This document shows, piece after piece, positions 36,274 through 45,527 of a DNA stretch of 64,000 nucleotides. Source of the stretch: a virus; the IMG/VR virus record IMGVR_UViG_3300014039_000004; one strand, 5' to 3'. Each line of letters begins with the position of its first letter. The stretch's first letter is position 1. The notes below the pieces were generated by a model. It made no database searches, was not told the origin of the DNA, and saw nothing but the letters and a program-made list of their open reading frames with translations. Made by a program: the position numbers and the translations under genes.

Positions 36274-36540
36274 ATGCCTAGAAATATAACATTAGAAGAT
36301 ATTGGTAGATTATATAAAGATACTATAGTACAACACAATGATAATACTAGAGTATTAAATGTACCTCATAGAGTATATAATCAAGCACTTCAAAGAAGAT
36401 TTCAAAATGGTGCTAAACAAAATGCTGCTTGGGATAAAGATCCTAATGTTGAAGTATTTAAACGTGGACCTTTTGGTATAACTCTTAAAATGAATAAAAG
36501 AAAACTTATTAATCAACATAATAAATATAATGGTAACTAA
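36274..36540 (+). CDS. hypothetical protein
   Basis: 88-aa ORF. Confidence 0.55.
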   Translation: MPRNITLEDIGRLYKDTIVQHNDNTRVLNVPHRVYNQALQRRFQNGAKQNAAWDKDPNVEVFKRGPFGITLKMNKRKLINQHNKYNGN

Positions 36541-36679
36541 TTTTAATCCGAATTATTGTACTTATCCTGGTACAATAGAAATTATTAATAGTCTTAAAAA
36601 CTATAATAATCAATTTGTAGAAGATAAAGGATATAAAACAATGACTTATGCTTTAGATAATTTAAAAAGTAAATATTAA
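36530..36679 (+). CDS. possible small protein (49 aa)
   Basis: Hand-translated: MVTNFNPNYCTYPGTIEIINSLKNYNNQFVEDKGYKTMTYALDNLKSKY. Its ATG overlaps the upstream stop. Confidence 0.4.
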   Translation: MVTNFNPNYCTYPGTIEIINSLKNYNNQFVEDKGYKTMTYALDNLKSKY

Positions 36680-36695
36680 TTTAATAAAAGTAATT

Positions 36696-37045
36696 ATGAA
36701 AAATTTTATTTTAAATGTTAGTACTAATAGTACAAAAAAAAAAACAATGTTGATACTAATGGAAATATAATATTAGCACAAATCAAATCGCCTGTTATAG
36801 AAGACCATTATAGTGAAACTATAGTATATGTTAATGATAATGATTTTGTTGTAGAATGTAAACAAGGACTTGAATCAGAATATAATAATCAGCATTATGA
36901 TGAGCATACCCGTTTTACATTTAATTCTAATGGTATTAATATTTATGATATAAATAAAGGTTATCATGGTTTTTATAAATTTGATGAAGAGGGTTTTCTT
37001 CATGATGCAGGTGTAAACTGGAAAGGTGAAAAAGCAAATGTTTAA
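36696..37045 (+). CDS. hypothetical protein interrupted at an A11 tract (needs a -1 shift, or reflects an assembly indel)
   Basis: ATG 36696 opens frame 0 (MKNFILNVSTNSTKKK), which stops at 36768-36770. A ~100-codon ATG-less ORF (NNVDTNGNIILAQIKSP...NWKGEKANV*) is open from 36731 in the -1 frame. The A-run at 36734-36744 joins the two. Confidence 0.45.
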
Positions 37046-37066
37046 TAAATATATAAATAATATATT

Positions 37067-37267
37067 ATGGGACAAAGATTTATTGATAATTTATTAAAGA
37101 AACAAATTAAAAGTAACTCAAGTAGTTCAGCTACTGCTACTATTCCTGATGGAAGTATTACAACTGCTAAATTAGGAACTAAAGCAGTAACAGCAAGTAA
37201 AATAGCAGATGGTACTATTACATTAGCTAATTTATCATCTGAAGTTAAAGCTAAACTTAATAGTTAA
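37067..37267 (+). CDS. small protein with tail-fibre-like DG[ST]IT..KL repeats
   Basis: 66 aa: IPDGSITTAKLGTKAVTASKIADGTITLANLSSEV. Confidence 0.55.
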   Translation: MGQRFIDNLLKKQIKSNSSSSATATIPDGSITTAKLGTKAVTASKIADGTITLANLSSEVKAKLNS

Positions 37268-37287
37268 TTATTTAATATTTTAATTTT
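37268..37287 (+). promoter_or_regulatory. conserved 20-mer TTATTTAATATTTTAATTTT
   Basis: Identical to 19573 and 27093. Starts immediately after the stop of 37067..37267. Confidence 0.4.
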
Positions 37288-37326
37288 ACTGTCATAAGTA
37301 TTTTTTCTCAAACTGATATAGTTAAT

Positions 37327-37378
37327 AACCCATTTTATTTGAAGCCCACAGGCCAAAAATAAAGTGGGTTTTCGTTTA
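37327..37378 (+). terminator. rho-independent terminator
   Basis: aacccattttattt (37327-37340) pairs with aaataaagtgggtt (37357-37370), 14 bp with one G-U pair. ttcgttt follows. Confidence 0.6.
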
Positions 37379-37522
37379 TGTTTAAGGATAAAAGACTATT
37401 ATATAAATCAGATGATTAATTGATACTATATAATAAGGAGAAAATGCTAAAACTAATAGTAGCTTTAATTAAAATATTAGTGTTCATAGAAGTGTTGAAA
37501 TTAATAAAAATACAATAATTAC

Positions 37523-37554
37523 TTTGTGTGCTAATAATAAAATTTCTATTTTTG
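37523..37554 (+). promoter_or_regulatory. canonical Bacteroides-type promoter (TTTG-N20-TATTTTTG)
   Basis: -33 TTTG at 37523-37526 and -7 TATTTTTG at 37547-37554. Lies 55 nt upstream of ATG 37610, the start of the head gene block. Confidence 0.5.
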
Positions 37555-37609
37555 TATAACTAATATTAATCAAAATATTAATAATAATAATAATAATAAA
37601 TTTAAAAGT

Positions 37610-38917
37610 ATGGCTTTTGAAAATATTGATTTTGAAGGAACTAATCAAAGTGTAAATACAAACACTAATGCTCCTAAAGATGAACCAGCTAATCAACAAC
37701 AAGATGCTACAGCACTTGATGGTTCACAAACACATGATGATATTACTGGTAAAGATGGTAATAATCAAGAACCTACTACAGCTCCTACTACAGAACCTGA
37801 CAATCATTCTGATAATAATGACAATCAAAATGATAATGCAGATTCTTCTACAGGGGAGCTATCAGAAGGTGATACTATTGAGTTTGATGGTGCTACTTAT
37901 ATAGTAGATAAAGATGGTAATCTTGTAGATAATAAAGGTAATATTTTTAAAGAAGCTAAAGATGTTAAATCTTGGATTGCTTCTATGGATGTTGCCGATG
38001 ATAAAAATAATGATGAACTTAATCTTACTTCTATTCAAGAGGCATTAGGTGTTATAGTAACTGATGATAAAGGTAATCCTGTAGAATTTACAAATGATGC
38101 TGAAGGTATTAAATCTTATGTTAATTCAGTTATTGATTTGAAATCTAATGATATTCGTGAAGCAACTATTAATAAGTTATTTAGTGATAATCCTCTTCTT
38201 AAAGAATTTACTGATTATGTGCAATTAACAGGAAGTCCTCAAGGTTTTGGAGATATACCTGATAGAAGTGGAATTGAAGTTGAAAAAGATAATATTATTC
38301 AACAAGAAGCTATCATTAGAATGGCTGCACAAGAATTTGGTAATAAGAGTTTTAATGAGAATTATATTAAATATCTTAAAGATAGTGGAGGTCTTTATGA
38401 TGAGGCTAAAGCTCAACTTGCAGCATTAGCTGAAAAAGATAATCAAGTTCGTCAAAATATTGAAGCTCAAGCTGCTCAACAAAGACAAGAGGAACAAGCT
38501 AGAGTTCAAGAATATTGGAATAATGTTAGTAAAGTTATCGAAGGCAGAAATATTGCAGGATATAAACTTCCTGAAAGTTTTACTAAGGAAGTTAATGGTC
38601 AGAAAGTAGTTTATACTCCTAATGATTTTTATAATTATCTAAATAAAGCAATAGAACAAGATGCTGATGGTAATATTGTTACTGGATATCAAAGAGATTT
38701 AAGTAAACTTACAGATGAAGAATATCTTAATCGTGAATTACTTGATGCTTGGCTTATGTTTACAGGAGGTACTTATAAAGATTTAGTAGACATGGCAATT
38801 AAAGAAGATAATGTTCGTAAACTTAAAATTAAATCTAAAGAACAAAGAACTGCAAAGTCTATCAAAGTAGTTAAAAAGTCAAGTGGTAAAGTTGATATGA
38901 ACGATATTATACTTTAA
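37610..38917 (+). CDS. putative scaffolding or head-assembly protein
   Basis: 435 aa. Acidic, low-complexity N-terminus and a Q/E-rich coiled coil (AQAAQQRQEEQARVQEYW). Immediately upstream of MCP. Confidence 0.3.
   Translation: MAFENIDFEGTNQSVNTNTNAPKDEPANQQQDATALDGSQTHDDITGKDGNNQEPTTAPTTEPDNHSDNNDNQNDNADSSTGELSEGDTIEFDGATYIVDKDGNLVDNKGNIFKEAKDVKSWIASMDVADDKNNDELNLTSIQEALGVIVTDDKGNPVEFTNDAEGIKSYVNSVIDLKSNDIREATINKLFSDNPLLKEFTDYVQLTGSPQGFGDIPDRSGIEVEKDNIIQQEAIIRMAAQEFGNKSFNENYIKYLKDSGGLYDEAKAQLAALAEKDNQVRQNIEAQAAQQRQEEQARVQEYWNNVSKVIEGRNIAGYKLPESFTKEVNGQKVVYTPNDFYNYLNKAIEQDADGNIVTGYQRDLSKLTDEEYLNRELLDAWLMFTGGTYKDLVDMAIKEDNVRKLKIKSKEQRTAKSIKVVKKSSGKVDMNDIIL
37843..37859 (+). repeat. 17-nt motif, forward: TTCTTCTACAGGGGAGC
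   Basis: Inside 37610..38917, translated as DSSTGEL. Confidence 0.85.
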
Positions 38918-38950
38918 TCTCATAATATTTAAATTTTTAATAATATAATT

Positions 38951-40426
38951 ATGTACAAGCTTAGAGAAGTATCTCGTGGTAATTATGATGACCGTGGTTA
39001 TTCTAATGAAGAAACTATCGCTCATTTAATGCTTAGTAAACCAGAGGAAATTAACAACATTCTTACTTATACTTATGGTATGGATGATGATAGATTTCCT
39101 CTTACATTTTTAACTGAAGGTCAAGGTAGTGCTGGTGTAGTTGATATTAATACTATTCAGTGGACTTGGAAAACTATGGGTCGTATGAAGTTTAACGATT
39201 ATGTTCTGTGGTTTGATTCAAGTAATACTACTCCTGGTAAAGGTGGTTCTTTATTTGAAGTTGAGTTTAAAACTCATTGGCTTATTGAACAGTATGGTTT
39301 GATTGCTCCTGATGGTGTTACTCAGGTTCGTATTATGAAAGATCTTGGTGAAGGTGCTCATGGTGGTTATCTTTATAGGTTAAAGTTGACCAATCCTAAT
39401 CCTAATGCCTATGTTGATGTTGACAATCTTAAACAAGGTATGTATTGGTCAATGAGTGCTCCTACTATCAGTGAGAGTTATTCTAAGGGTAATCGTTCTA
39501 ATGTTATAGGGCCGGGTAAGATGACTAGTCAGCTTGAGTTCCATAGATATAGTAAAGAAATTGCTGGTAATATTTCTAATGTAGTGGTTACGTATGAGTT
39601 CCAAACTAAGGGTGGTGGTCATACTAATCTTTGGATTAATGAAGAAATGCGTCAGCATGATATTACTTGTCGTATTATGGATGAAGAACGACTTTGGATT
39701 GCTGAATATAATCGTGATGTTAATGGTGAAATTTCACTTATTGACCCTGATAATGGTCAGCCTATTCCTCATACAGCAGGTATGATGCAGATTTGTCGAG
39801 AATCTAATTATGATACTTATGGTGAAGTTCTTACTTTGAATAAGATTGAACGTACTATTGGTGATGTTCTTGATAAAGACACTGATACTGGTTCAATGGA
39901 AGTTGTATTGATGGGTGGTAAGGGCTTTATGGAAGATTTTGATAAAGCTATGCGTGATGATGCACGTAGTGAAGGTTTTGCTACTCCTCTTGGTGATAAG
40001 ATGATTGAGGATTATAATGGTGGTCTTTCTTATGGTAAATATTTCCGTCGTTATAAGACTGTTGATGGTCATGTTATTACTGTTCAGCATCTTCCTTTCT
40101 TAGACCATGGTACTCTTGCAGAAAATGCTAAGTCTAATGGTATGATTCATCCTCGTTCTGGTCGTCCTATTACTTCGCATCAGGCATTCTTAATTGATAT
40201 GTCTACTTATCAAGGTGTTCGTAATGTTCGTAAAGTTCGTCAGAAGAATCAAATTTATAAGTGTGGTGTTTTAAAAGGTCTTACTGATATTCCTGCTGCA
40301 TGGGGTGCTGTTCCTACTAATTCTATTTCTACTGAGATTGATATGTCTCGTTATGAAATTAAGAATAGTTATGGTTTGCAAGTAAATAATGCAACAAAGA
40401 TGTTCCAGTTAAAGTGTGTCCTTTAA
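38951..40426 (+). CDS. major capsid protein
   Basis: 491 aa. G+C and codon bias somewhat above neighbours. Size and position match crAss-like HK97-fold MCP. Not searched. Confidence 0.7.
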   Translation: MYKLREVSRGNYDDRGYSNEETIAHLMLSKPEEINNILTYTYGMDDDRFPLTFLTEGQGSAGVVDINTIQWTWKTMGRMKFNDYVLWFDSSNTTPGKGGSLFEVEFKTHWLIEQYGLIAPDGVTQVRIMKDLGEGAHGGYLYRLKLTNPNPNAYVDVDNLKQGMYWSMSAPTISESYSKGNRSNVIGPGKMTSQLEFHRYSKEIAGNISNVVVTYEFQTKGGGHTNLWINEEMRQHDITCRIMDEERLWIAEYNRDVNGEISLIDPDNGQPIPHTAGMMQICRESNYDTYGEVLTLNKIERTIGDVLDKDTDTGSMEVVLMGGKGFMEDFDKAMRDDARSEGFATPLGDKMIEDYNGGLSYGKYFRRYKTVDGHVITVQHLPFLDHGTLAENAKSNGMIHPRSGRPITSHQAFLIDMSTYQGVRNVRKVRQKNQIYKCGVLKGLTDIPAAWGAVPTNSISTEIDMSRYEIKNSYGLQVNNATKMFQLKCVL

Positions 40427-40452
40427 TAATTAATGATTAAAATATTAAAACT

Positions 40453-41550
40453 ATGGATTTAAATATACCTAATAAGGATAATTCAATAAAGGTTAACAAT
40501 ACTACTACTAAGGTATCAGCTTTTGAAGAAGATGATAATGATTTGAATAAAGAATATATTGATAAAAGAATTATTACAATTAGTCTTGTTCATAACTATT
40601 CTAATTATCGTAAAGTTAATTTAAAAGTTCTTGGACAACGTAAAGAAACTATTGGTAGTTCCATTATATCTTGTAGAGTTCTTTCTTCTAATAAAGGTGA
40701 AGTCGAAGCATATTTTCCTGCACTTATAGGTCTTTCTCCTAATAATCCTGAATTTATTACTCGTGTTAAAGCATGGCTTAGTAATATTAAATTTACAGTA
40801 AATGATAATGATGCAAATCTTGATATTTCATTTATTTATAATACTAAGAAGGATTATTTAGATTTTAAGAAACGTGAAGATGCTATTGATGCAGAATATG
40901 CTAAAGTAGATAGAGCTAATATTAGTGCAATTAAAGATGCTATTAAAAAGCGAGTTGATGCACTTAATGCTCTTGAATCTGAAAAGTATAAATATGGTCG
41001 ACCTCTTAATTTAGAACAATACATTATTTATCGTCATTGTCTTCTTTATAAAGATGTAGCTAAAGACACAGCTCTTATTAATTCAGATACTAGTCTTCGT
41101 TTTTATATTAAAGATGAAGCTAAAGAAGCTGAAAAGAAGAAGAAACTTACTGAAGAAAAAGTTAAAGCTATGCGTAATTTCCTCGAACTTAATGGTTCTG
41201 AAGAAAAGCTTAATGCTGTTTATATTGCAATTGTTTCTTCTCGTAATGGAAATGTTAATGAGGCTCTTCTTAAAGAAAGAAGTGAAAAGGTTGCCACTAT
41301 TATGGATTTTGTAAATACTAGTCCTGATAAGTTTAATAAATATTATAATGATAAGAATCTTATTACTAAAGCATTTATTGAAACTTTAATTATTCGTGGT
41401 GAACTTGTTCGTGCTGAATATAATCAACAGATTAGTAGTGCAGATGGTACATTTATTGGTAGTAATATTAATGAAGCAGTAGCTTATTTTAATAATCCTA
41501 CAAATAAAGATATTCGTACTGTTTATGAAAATAAATTAAAAATGTTTTAA
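40453..41550 (+). CDS. virion protein (possibly auxiliary capsid protein)
   Basis: 365-aa ORF directly after MCP. Confidence 0.3.
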   Translation: MDLNIPNKDNSIKVNNTTTKVSAFEEDDNDLNKEYIDKRIITISLVHNYSNYRKVNLKVLGQRKETIGSSIISCRVLSSNKGEVEAYFPALIGLSPNNPEFITRVKAWLSNIKFTVNDNDANLDISFIYNTKKDYLDFKKREDAIDAEYAKVDRANISAIKDAIKKRVDALNALESEKYKYGRPLNLEQYIIYRHCLLYKDVAKDTALINSDTSLRFYIKDEAKEAEKKKKLTEEKVKAMRNFLELNGSEEKLNAVYIAIVSSRNGNVNEALLKERSEKVATIMDFVNTSPDKFNKYYNDKNLITKAFIETLIIRGELVRAEYNQQISSADGTFIGSNINEAVAYFNNPTNKDIRTVYENKLKMF

Positions 41551-41561
41551 TTGATATTGAT

Positions 41562-42392
41562 ATGACTATTACTGAAATGCACGTTTGGTTTCGTCAATAT
41601 GCTCAACAAATGGGTATGCAAAATGTTCGAGCTATTCTTCCAGAGCAAATTGACTTATTAATCAATACGAGTATTACAGATACGATTAATCAAATCATTA
41701 CACAAAATATAGGAGTGACCAATGATAGAGTTATCACTGATAACTCTAAAATTGGTCAAATTAATGCTCTTAGAAGTTTATATAAAGTATGTGAAGTCAT
41801 AGCAGACCCAGATAATGGTGATGAACCATTTAGTAAAGGTAATATTGATACTATTTATAATATTACAGCAAATATAAATTCTATAGATGCTGAACCCGGA
41901 AAAGGTTTTGATTACTTATATTTAGTAGATTTAGCTTTAAATTATAAAACACAAGCTAATAAAATTACTAATTATTTTCCTGTTAGACTTATAGATGATG
42001 CTTTTCTTGCAGATACTCTTAATGATTTTATTTTAAAACCTAGAGTAAGAACTCCTATTGCTGTTATTTATAATGGTACAATTCATTTATATATTAATGA
42101 TATAATAAATGATAAACTTCCACAAAATCTAACTCCTAATAATTTAAGAATTAGTTATATTGGAAAACCTGCTAAAGTAGCATATCTTGCAGATGTTGGA
42201 GGTAATAATGTTGATTGTGATTTACCTGAATATATGCACGTTGATATTCTAAAGCATGCAGTTGATTTATATCGTATTTCTGTAAGTGGTGCTTTGAGTA
42301 CAGCTCAATCTAATGCTCAAGCTCAACAACAAGAAAATGTGAGAAATAATTATCGTAATGATGGTTATCAACCTCAAACTCAACAACAATAA
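41562..42392 (+). CDS. hypothetical virion protein
   Basis: 276-aa ORF in the head module. Confidence 0.5.
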   Translation: MTITEMHVWFRQYAQQMGMQNVRAILPEQIDLLINTSITDTINQIITQNIGVTNDRVITDNSKIGQINALRSLYKVCEVIADPDNGDEPFSKGNIDTIYNITANINSIDAEPGKGFDYLYLVDLALNYKTQANKITNYFPVRLIDDAFLADTLNDFILKPRVRTPIAVIYNGTIHLYINDIINDKLPQNLTPNNLRISYIGKPAKVAYLADVGGNNVDCDLPEYMHVDILKHAVDLYRISVSGALSTAQSNAQAQQQENVRNNYRNDGYQPQTQQQ

Positions 42393-42410
42393 ATAAATAA
42401 ATAAAATAAT

Positions 42411-43280
42411 ATGAAACAGCTTTTAATTGTAAGCAATTCAGATATTAATAGTGGTGTTACTAAGCCTACTGATTTATCTACTTTAGCTAAAGGTAGTATT
42501 GCTTTTTTTCAACTTGATAATATGTCTGCTTTTTTAGCAGATGCCCCAACTAATAATTTTGGTATTGCTTTAGGTCGTGGTACTAATCTTTTACCTTTTA
42601 TTATTCCTGAAGTAGATATTAAATCTTTGATGGTTAGTAAAGCACCTCCTACTACAGGAGCTAATAAAGTAGTTACTTTTACTTTTCCAACTCCTGTTGT
42701 TGGTAAAGAATATACAGTAATTATTGTTAAGAAAGGAGTAGTATTTAACGAAAGGTCTAATTGGACTTCTGATGTAGTAGCAAAAACTACTACTGTTGCT
42801 ACAGAAGCAGGTAATTTGGTTAGTGCTATCAATGCTAATATTTCAGTTCATGGTGTTAAGGCTACTGCATCTGGTGCTACTGTAACTCTTACAGGCACAA
42901 ATGAACAGGATTTTGAAGTAAAATTAGTTGATAATCTTTCTAATGTAGCAACTAATGTTACAACTGCTTATAAGAAATCAATGGGTCAGCCTGCTGATAT
43001 TGCTGAATTAGCTCTTGCTTGTGCAGCTGGTAAAGGTGTAGAATATCTTGCTGATGAAGGTAAAGAAATTTATCCTAATTTCCCAGAAGCTGTTGGTACT
43101 GATTCTTATTATGTTTATACTCTTAGATTTAAAGTAGGTCGTGAAGCTGCTAAACAGCGTGATGAACAAGTTTGGCAAACTGTTCATATTGCAGTTCCTA
43201 AGAATACTGCAAATGATACTGCATCTACAGGTCTTGTAGCTAAACTTGATAAGATTCTTGCACTTAGTACAGGAGAGTAA
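42411..43280 (+). CDS. hypothetical virion protein (codon usage suggests high expression)
   Basis: 289-aa ORF with higher G+C, followed by a hairpin. Confidence 0.55.
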   Translation: MKQLLIVSNSDINSGVTKPTDLSTLAKGSIAFFQLDNMSAFLADAPTNNFGIALGRGTNLLPFIIPEVDIKSLMVSKAPPTTGANKVVTFTFPTPVVGKEYTVIIVKKGVVFNERSNWTSDVVAKTTTVATEAGNLVSAINANISVHGVKATASGATVTLTGTNEQDFEVKLVDNLSNVATNVTTAYKKSMGQPADIAELALACAAGKGVEYLADEGKEIYPNFPEAVGTDSYYVYTLRFKVGREAAKQRDEQVWQTVHIAVPKNTANDTASTGLVAKLDKILALSTGE

Positions 43281-43295
43281 CTAACTACTTCTAAT

Positions 43296-43345
43296 AAGGT
43301 TCAAGATTTCTTCTACAGGGGAGGGAGAAGAAACTCTTGAACCTT
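43296..43345 (+). terminator. hairpin presenting the 17-nt motif core in its loop
   Basis: aaggttcaagatttcttc (43296-43313) pairs with gaagaaactcttgaacctt (43327-43345). Loop is tacaggggaggga. Weak T-run (aatttgttt). Confidence 0.5.
43308..43324 (+). repeat. 17-nt motif, forward: TTCTTCTACAGGGGAGG
   Basis: Intergenic, within hairpin 43296-43345. Confidence 0.85.
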
Positions 43346-43358
43346 AATTTGTTTAAAG

Positions 43359-43982
43359 ATGGATGATTTACAAGCAGTAAATAATATTATAAGTAATGCA
43401 GTTAAAAATTCATCTTATATTACAGTTTTAATTAGTAGTGGTGTTTTTATTATTTATACTATTATTATTAAAATTGTAGATTATTTTAAAGCTAAAAATA
43501 AAAGCAAGCCATTATATGAAATGGCTAATGCTATTAAACAAATTAGTGAAAATGTAGTTAAACTTAATCAAGTACTTGATAAGACTTTTCAAGATGCTGA
43601 AACTAAAGAAGTAAATAGAATAAATAATATAATTACAACTACATTTAATAGTTTTAAAGCTAGTATTATTTCTTATTGTATTGATGTTATTATTCACAAT
43701 AATGTTGAACACAATAAAGATACTATTAAAGAAAATTTATATAAAACTATTAGTACTGAGTATTATAAAGTTTATTCTATTTTTTCAGCTTATGAACATG
43801 ATACAGTTAATGTTGCTACTAAAATAAAAGAAGAATGGATAGACTCTATTACACAAGAATGTCTTCAAATTATATTTAATGGTAATTCTGCATTAGATAG
43901 AATACGCCAACTTAATAATAAACTTACAATTATATCTGAAGAATATTCTATATATACAAGTAATAAAATTTTTAATCATTAA
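43359..43982 (+). CDS. hypothetical protein with N-terminal TM
   Basis: 207 aa, with SSYITVLISSGVFIIYTIIIKIV. Confidence 0.55.
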   Translation: MDDLQAVNNIISNAVKNSSYITVLISSGVFIIYTIIIKIVDYFKAKNKSKPLYEMANAIKQISENVVKLNQVLDKTFQDAETKEVNRINNIITTTFNSFKASIISYCIDVIIHNNVEHNKDTIKENLYKTISTEYYKVYSIFSAYEHDTVNVATKIKEEWIDSITQECLQIIFNGNSALDRIRQLNNKLTIISEEYSIYTSNKIFNH

Positions 43983-43994
43983 TAAGATGTTCTT

Positions 43995-44216
43995 ATGAAT
44001 AATGATGAACTTATAGATAGCCTTGAAAGGTCTAAAGTTAATAGTGTTAATACTATTATAACTTTGACTTTTCAAGGTTATTTAGTTAATACTAAGAAGT
44101 TAACTAAATTAAATTATAATACAATTCTTACGAATATAGTTAGACACTTGTCTCCAGTATGTGATGAAAGTGTGGAACTTATTAATAGTTTTTATAATAA
44201 TCTTATTATATTATGA
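43995..44216 (+). CDS. hypothetical protein
   Basis: 73-aa ORF. Confidence 0.5.
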   Translation: MNNDELIDSLERSKVNSVNTIITLTFQGYLVNTKKLTKLNYNTILTNIVRHLSPVCDESVELINSFYNNLIIL

Positions 44217-44911
44217 ATAATCAAATAGTAAATAATAATCTAATATATCTTACAATACCTAAAGATTGGATTAATACTTATTATAAACTTCTATATTTAC
44301 TTAGTATTGAAGGTAAAAATATAATTGATGATTGTAATTATAATTGTTCTAATAAGGGACATAACGTATTTACTTGTTGGAACTTGTTTCAATCAGCTTT
44401 GGCTGCTTATGCAATAAAGGACTATAAGAAGGCTAATTTATTTTTAGAGTATATTGATAAGCAATTAGAAATTTATGCCAACAGAGACAAAATTAAAATA
44501 TTAGATTTTAAGGATATTGAACCTAGATGTGCTTATGAAATTCAATCTGATGGTACATATAAAGTTATAATTAGTATGATAATTGATGGTAAAGAAGTAG
44601 TTAAAACTTTAGATATGTCTACAGTTAGTGCTCATATTTTATATTATGGTTGGTTAAATACTTCTGATTATACTAATGTAAATATTGAAGTATTAACTAA
44701 AAAAGAGCTTAATAGTATAGATGAAACCATAACTGTACATCCAGATGAAACTAATAAATATGTTTGGTTTGTTTCAGATGTAGAACTTGAATTTACTGAA
44801 AGTAATTTTCCTGTAGATTTAAATAAAAATGTTATAGGTAATTTATATTATTATCATACAGATGCTTTAAATGCAGGTACTAGTACTTATAAAGTTAAAC
44901 AAAAAGAATAA
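44213..44911 (+). CDS. hypothetical protein
   Basis: 232-aa ORF with a 4-nt overlap with the upstream gene. Confidence 0.55.
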   Translation: MNNQIVNNNLIYLTIPKDWINTYYKLLYLLSIEGKNIIDDCNYNCSNKGHNVFTCWNLFQSALAAYAIKDYKKANLFLEYIDKQLEIYANRDKIKILDFKDIEPRCAYEIQSDGTYKVIISMIIDGKEVVKTLDMSTVSAHILYYGWLNTSDYTNVNIEVLTKKELNSIDETITVHPDETNKYVWFVSDVELEFTESNFPVDLNKNVIGNLYYYHTDALNAGTSTYKVKQKE

Positions 44912-44914
44912 ATT

Positions 44915-45349
44915 ATGGAACAACGTTATAGTAATACTTTAGTATCTAGTAGAGAAGATAAAAAACTTATTTATACTGATGATGCTTTTGACAAAAGTTT
45001 AAATCAACATCAAGATGAAATTAATAAAGAACTTACTAATTTAATTACAGAACTTAAAGATGTTCAAGATAATCTTCAATCTACAGATAAAATTAAACCT
45101 TTATCTGCAAATCAAGGTAGATTACTTAAAAATCTTATAGATAATAAAGTTATTCAAGTTCAAGGTATAGTTTGGGATGCTGAACCTACTAAAGGAAATA
45201 TTGACCATATTGTTTCATCAGATGCTCTTTATGAAAAGTTTAAAGCTATCGACGATAGTGCAGTATATCTTACGGAGGACGAATTTAATGCCTTGGTTAA
45301 TCAAGGGGCTATAAAAGAAGATGTTAATTATTATATTTATGAAGATTAA
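44915..45349 (+). CDS. hypothetical protein
   Basis: 144-aa ORF. Confidence 0.55.
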   Translation: MEQRYSNTLVSSREDKKLIYTDDAFDKSLNQHQDEINKELTNLITELKDVQDNLQSTDKIKPLSANQGRLLKNLIDNKVIQVQGIVWDAEPTKGNIDHIVSSDALYEKFKAIDDSAVYLTEDEFNALVNQGAIKEDVNYYIYED

Positions 45350-45352
45350 AAT

Positions 45353-45526
45353 ATGCTTTATAAAGGTCTAAAAGAAGTAACTAGTATTTATAAAGGTAAT
45401 AAAACTATTATTACTGTTTATAGAGGAGTAAGAACTGTTTGGAGTTCTATACTTAATTGTTATACTAGTTTTTGGAATAATATTAAATTTTGGAGTAATA
45501 ATAATTATTGGAAAAATAGTAATTAA
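45353..45526 (+). CDS. possible small protein (57 aa)
   Basis: Hand-translated: MLYKGLKEVTSIYKGNKTIITVYRGVRTVWSSILNCYTSFWNNIKFWSNNNYWKNSN. Fills the gap before 45528. Confidence 0.45.
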   Translation: MLYKGLKEVTSIYKGNKTIITVYRGVRTVWSSILNCYTSFWNNIKFWSNNNYWKNSN

Positions 45527-45527
45527 T

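Noticed and set aside
37444-37518. 24-aa hydrophobic ORF (MLKLIVALIKILVFIEVLKLIKIQ) preceded by AAGGAG.
   Set aside because: It is very short. Shine-Dalgarno pairing is not generally used in Bacteroidota. It lies between a terminator and a promoter.
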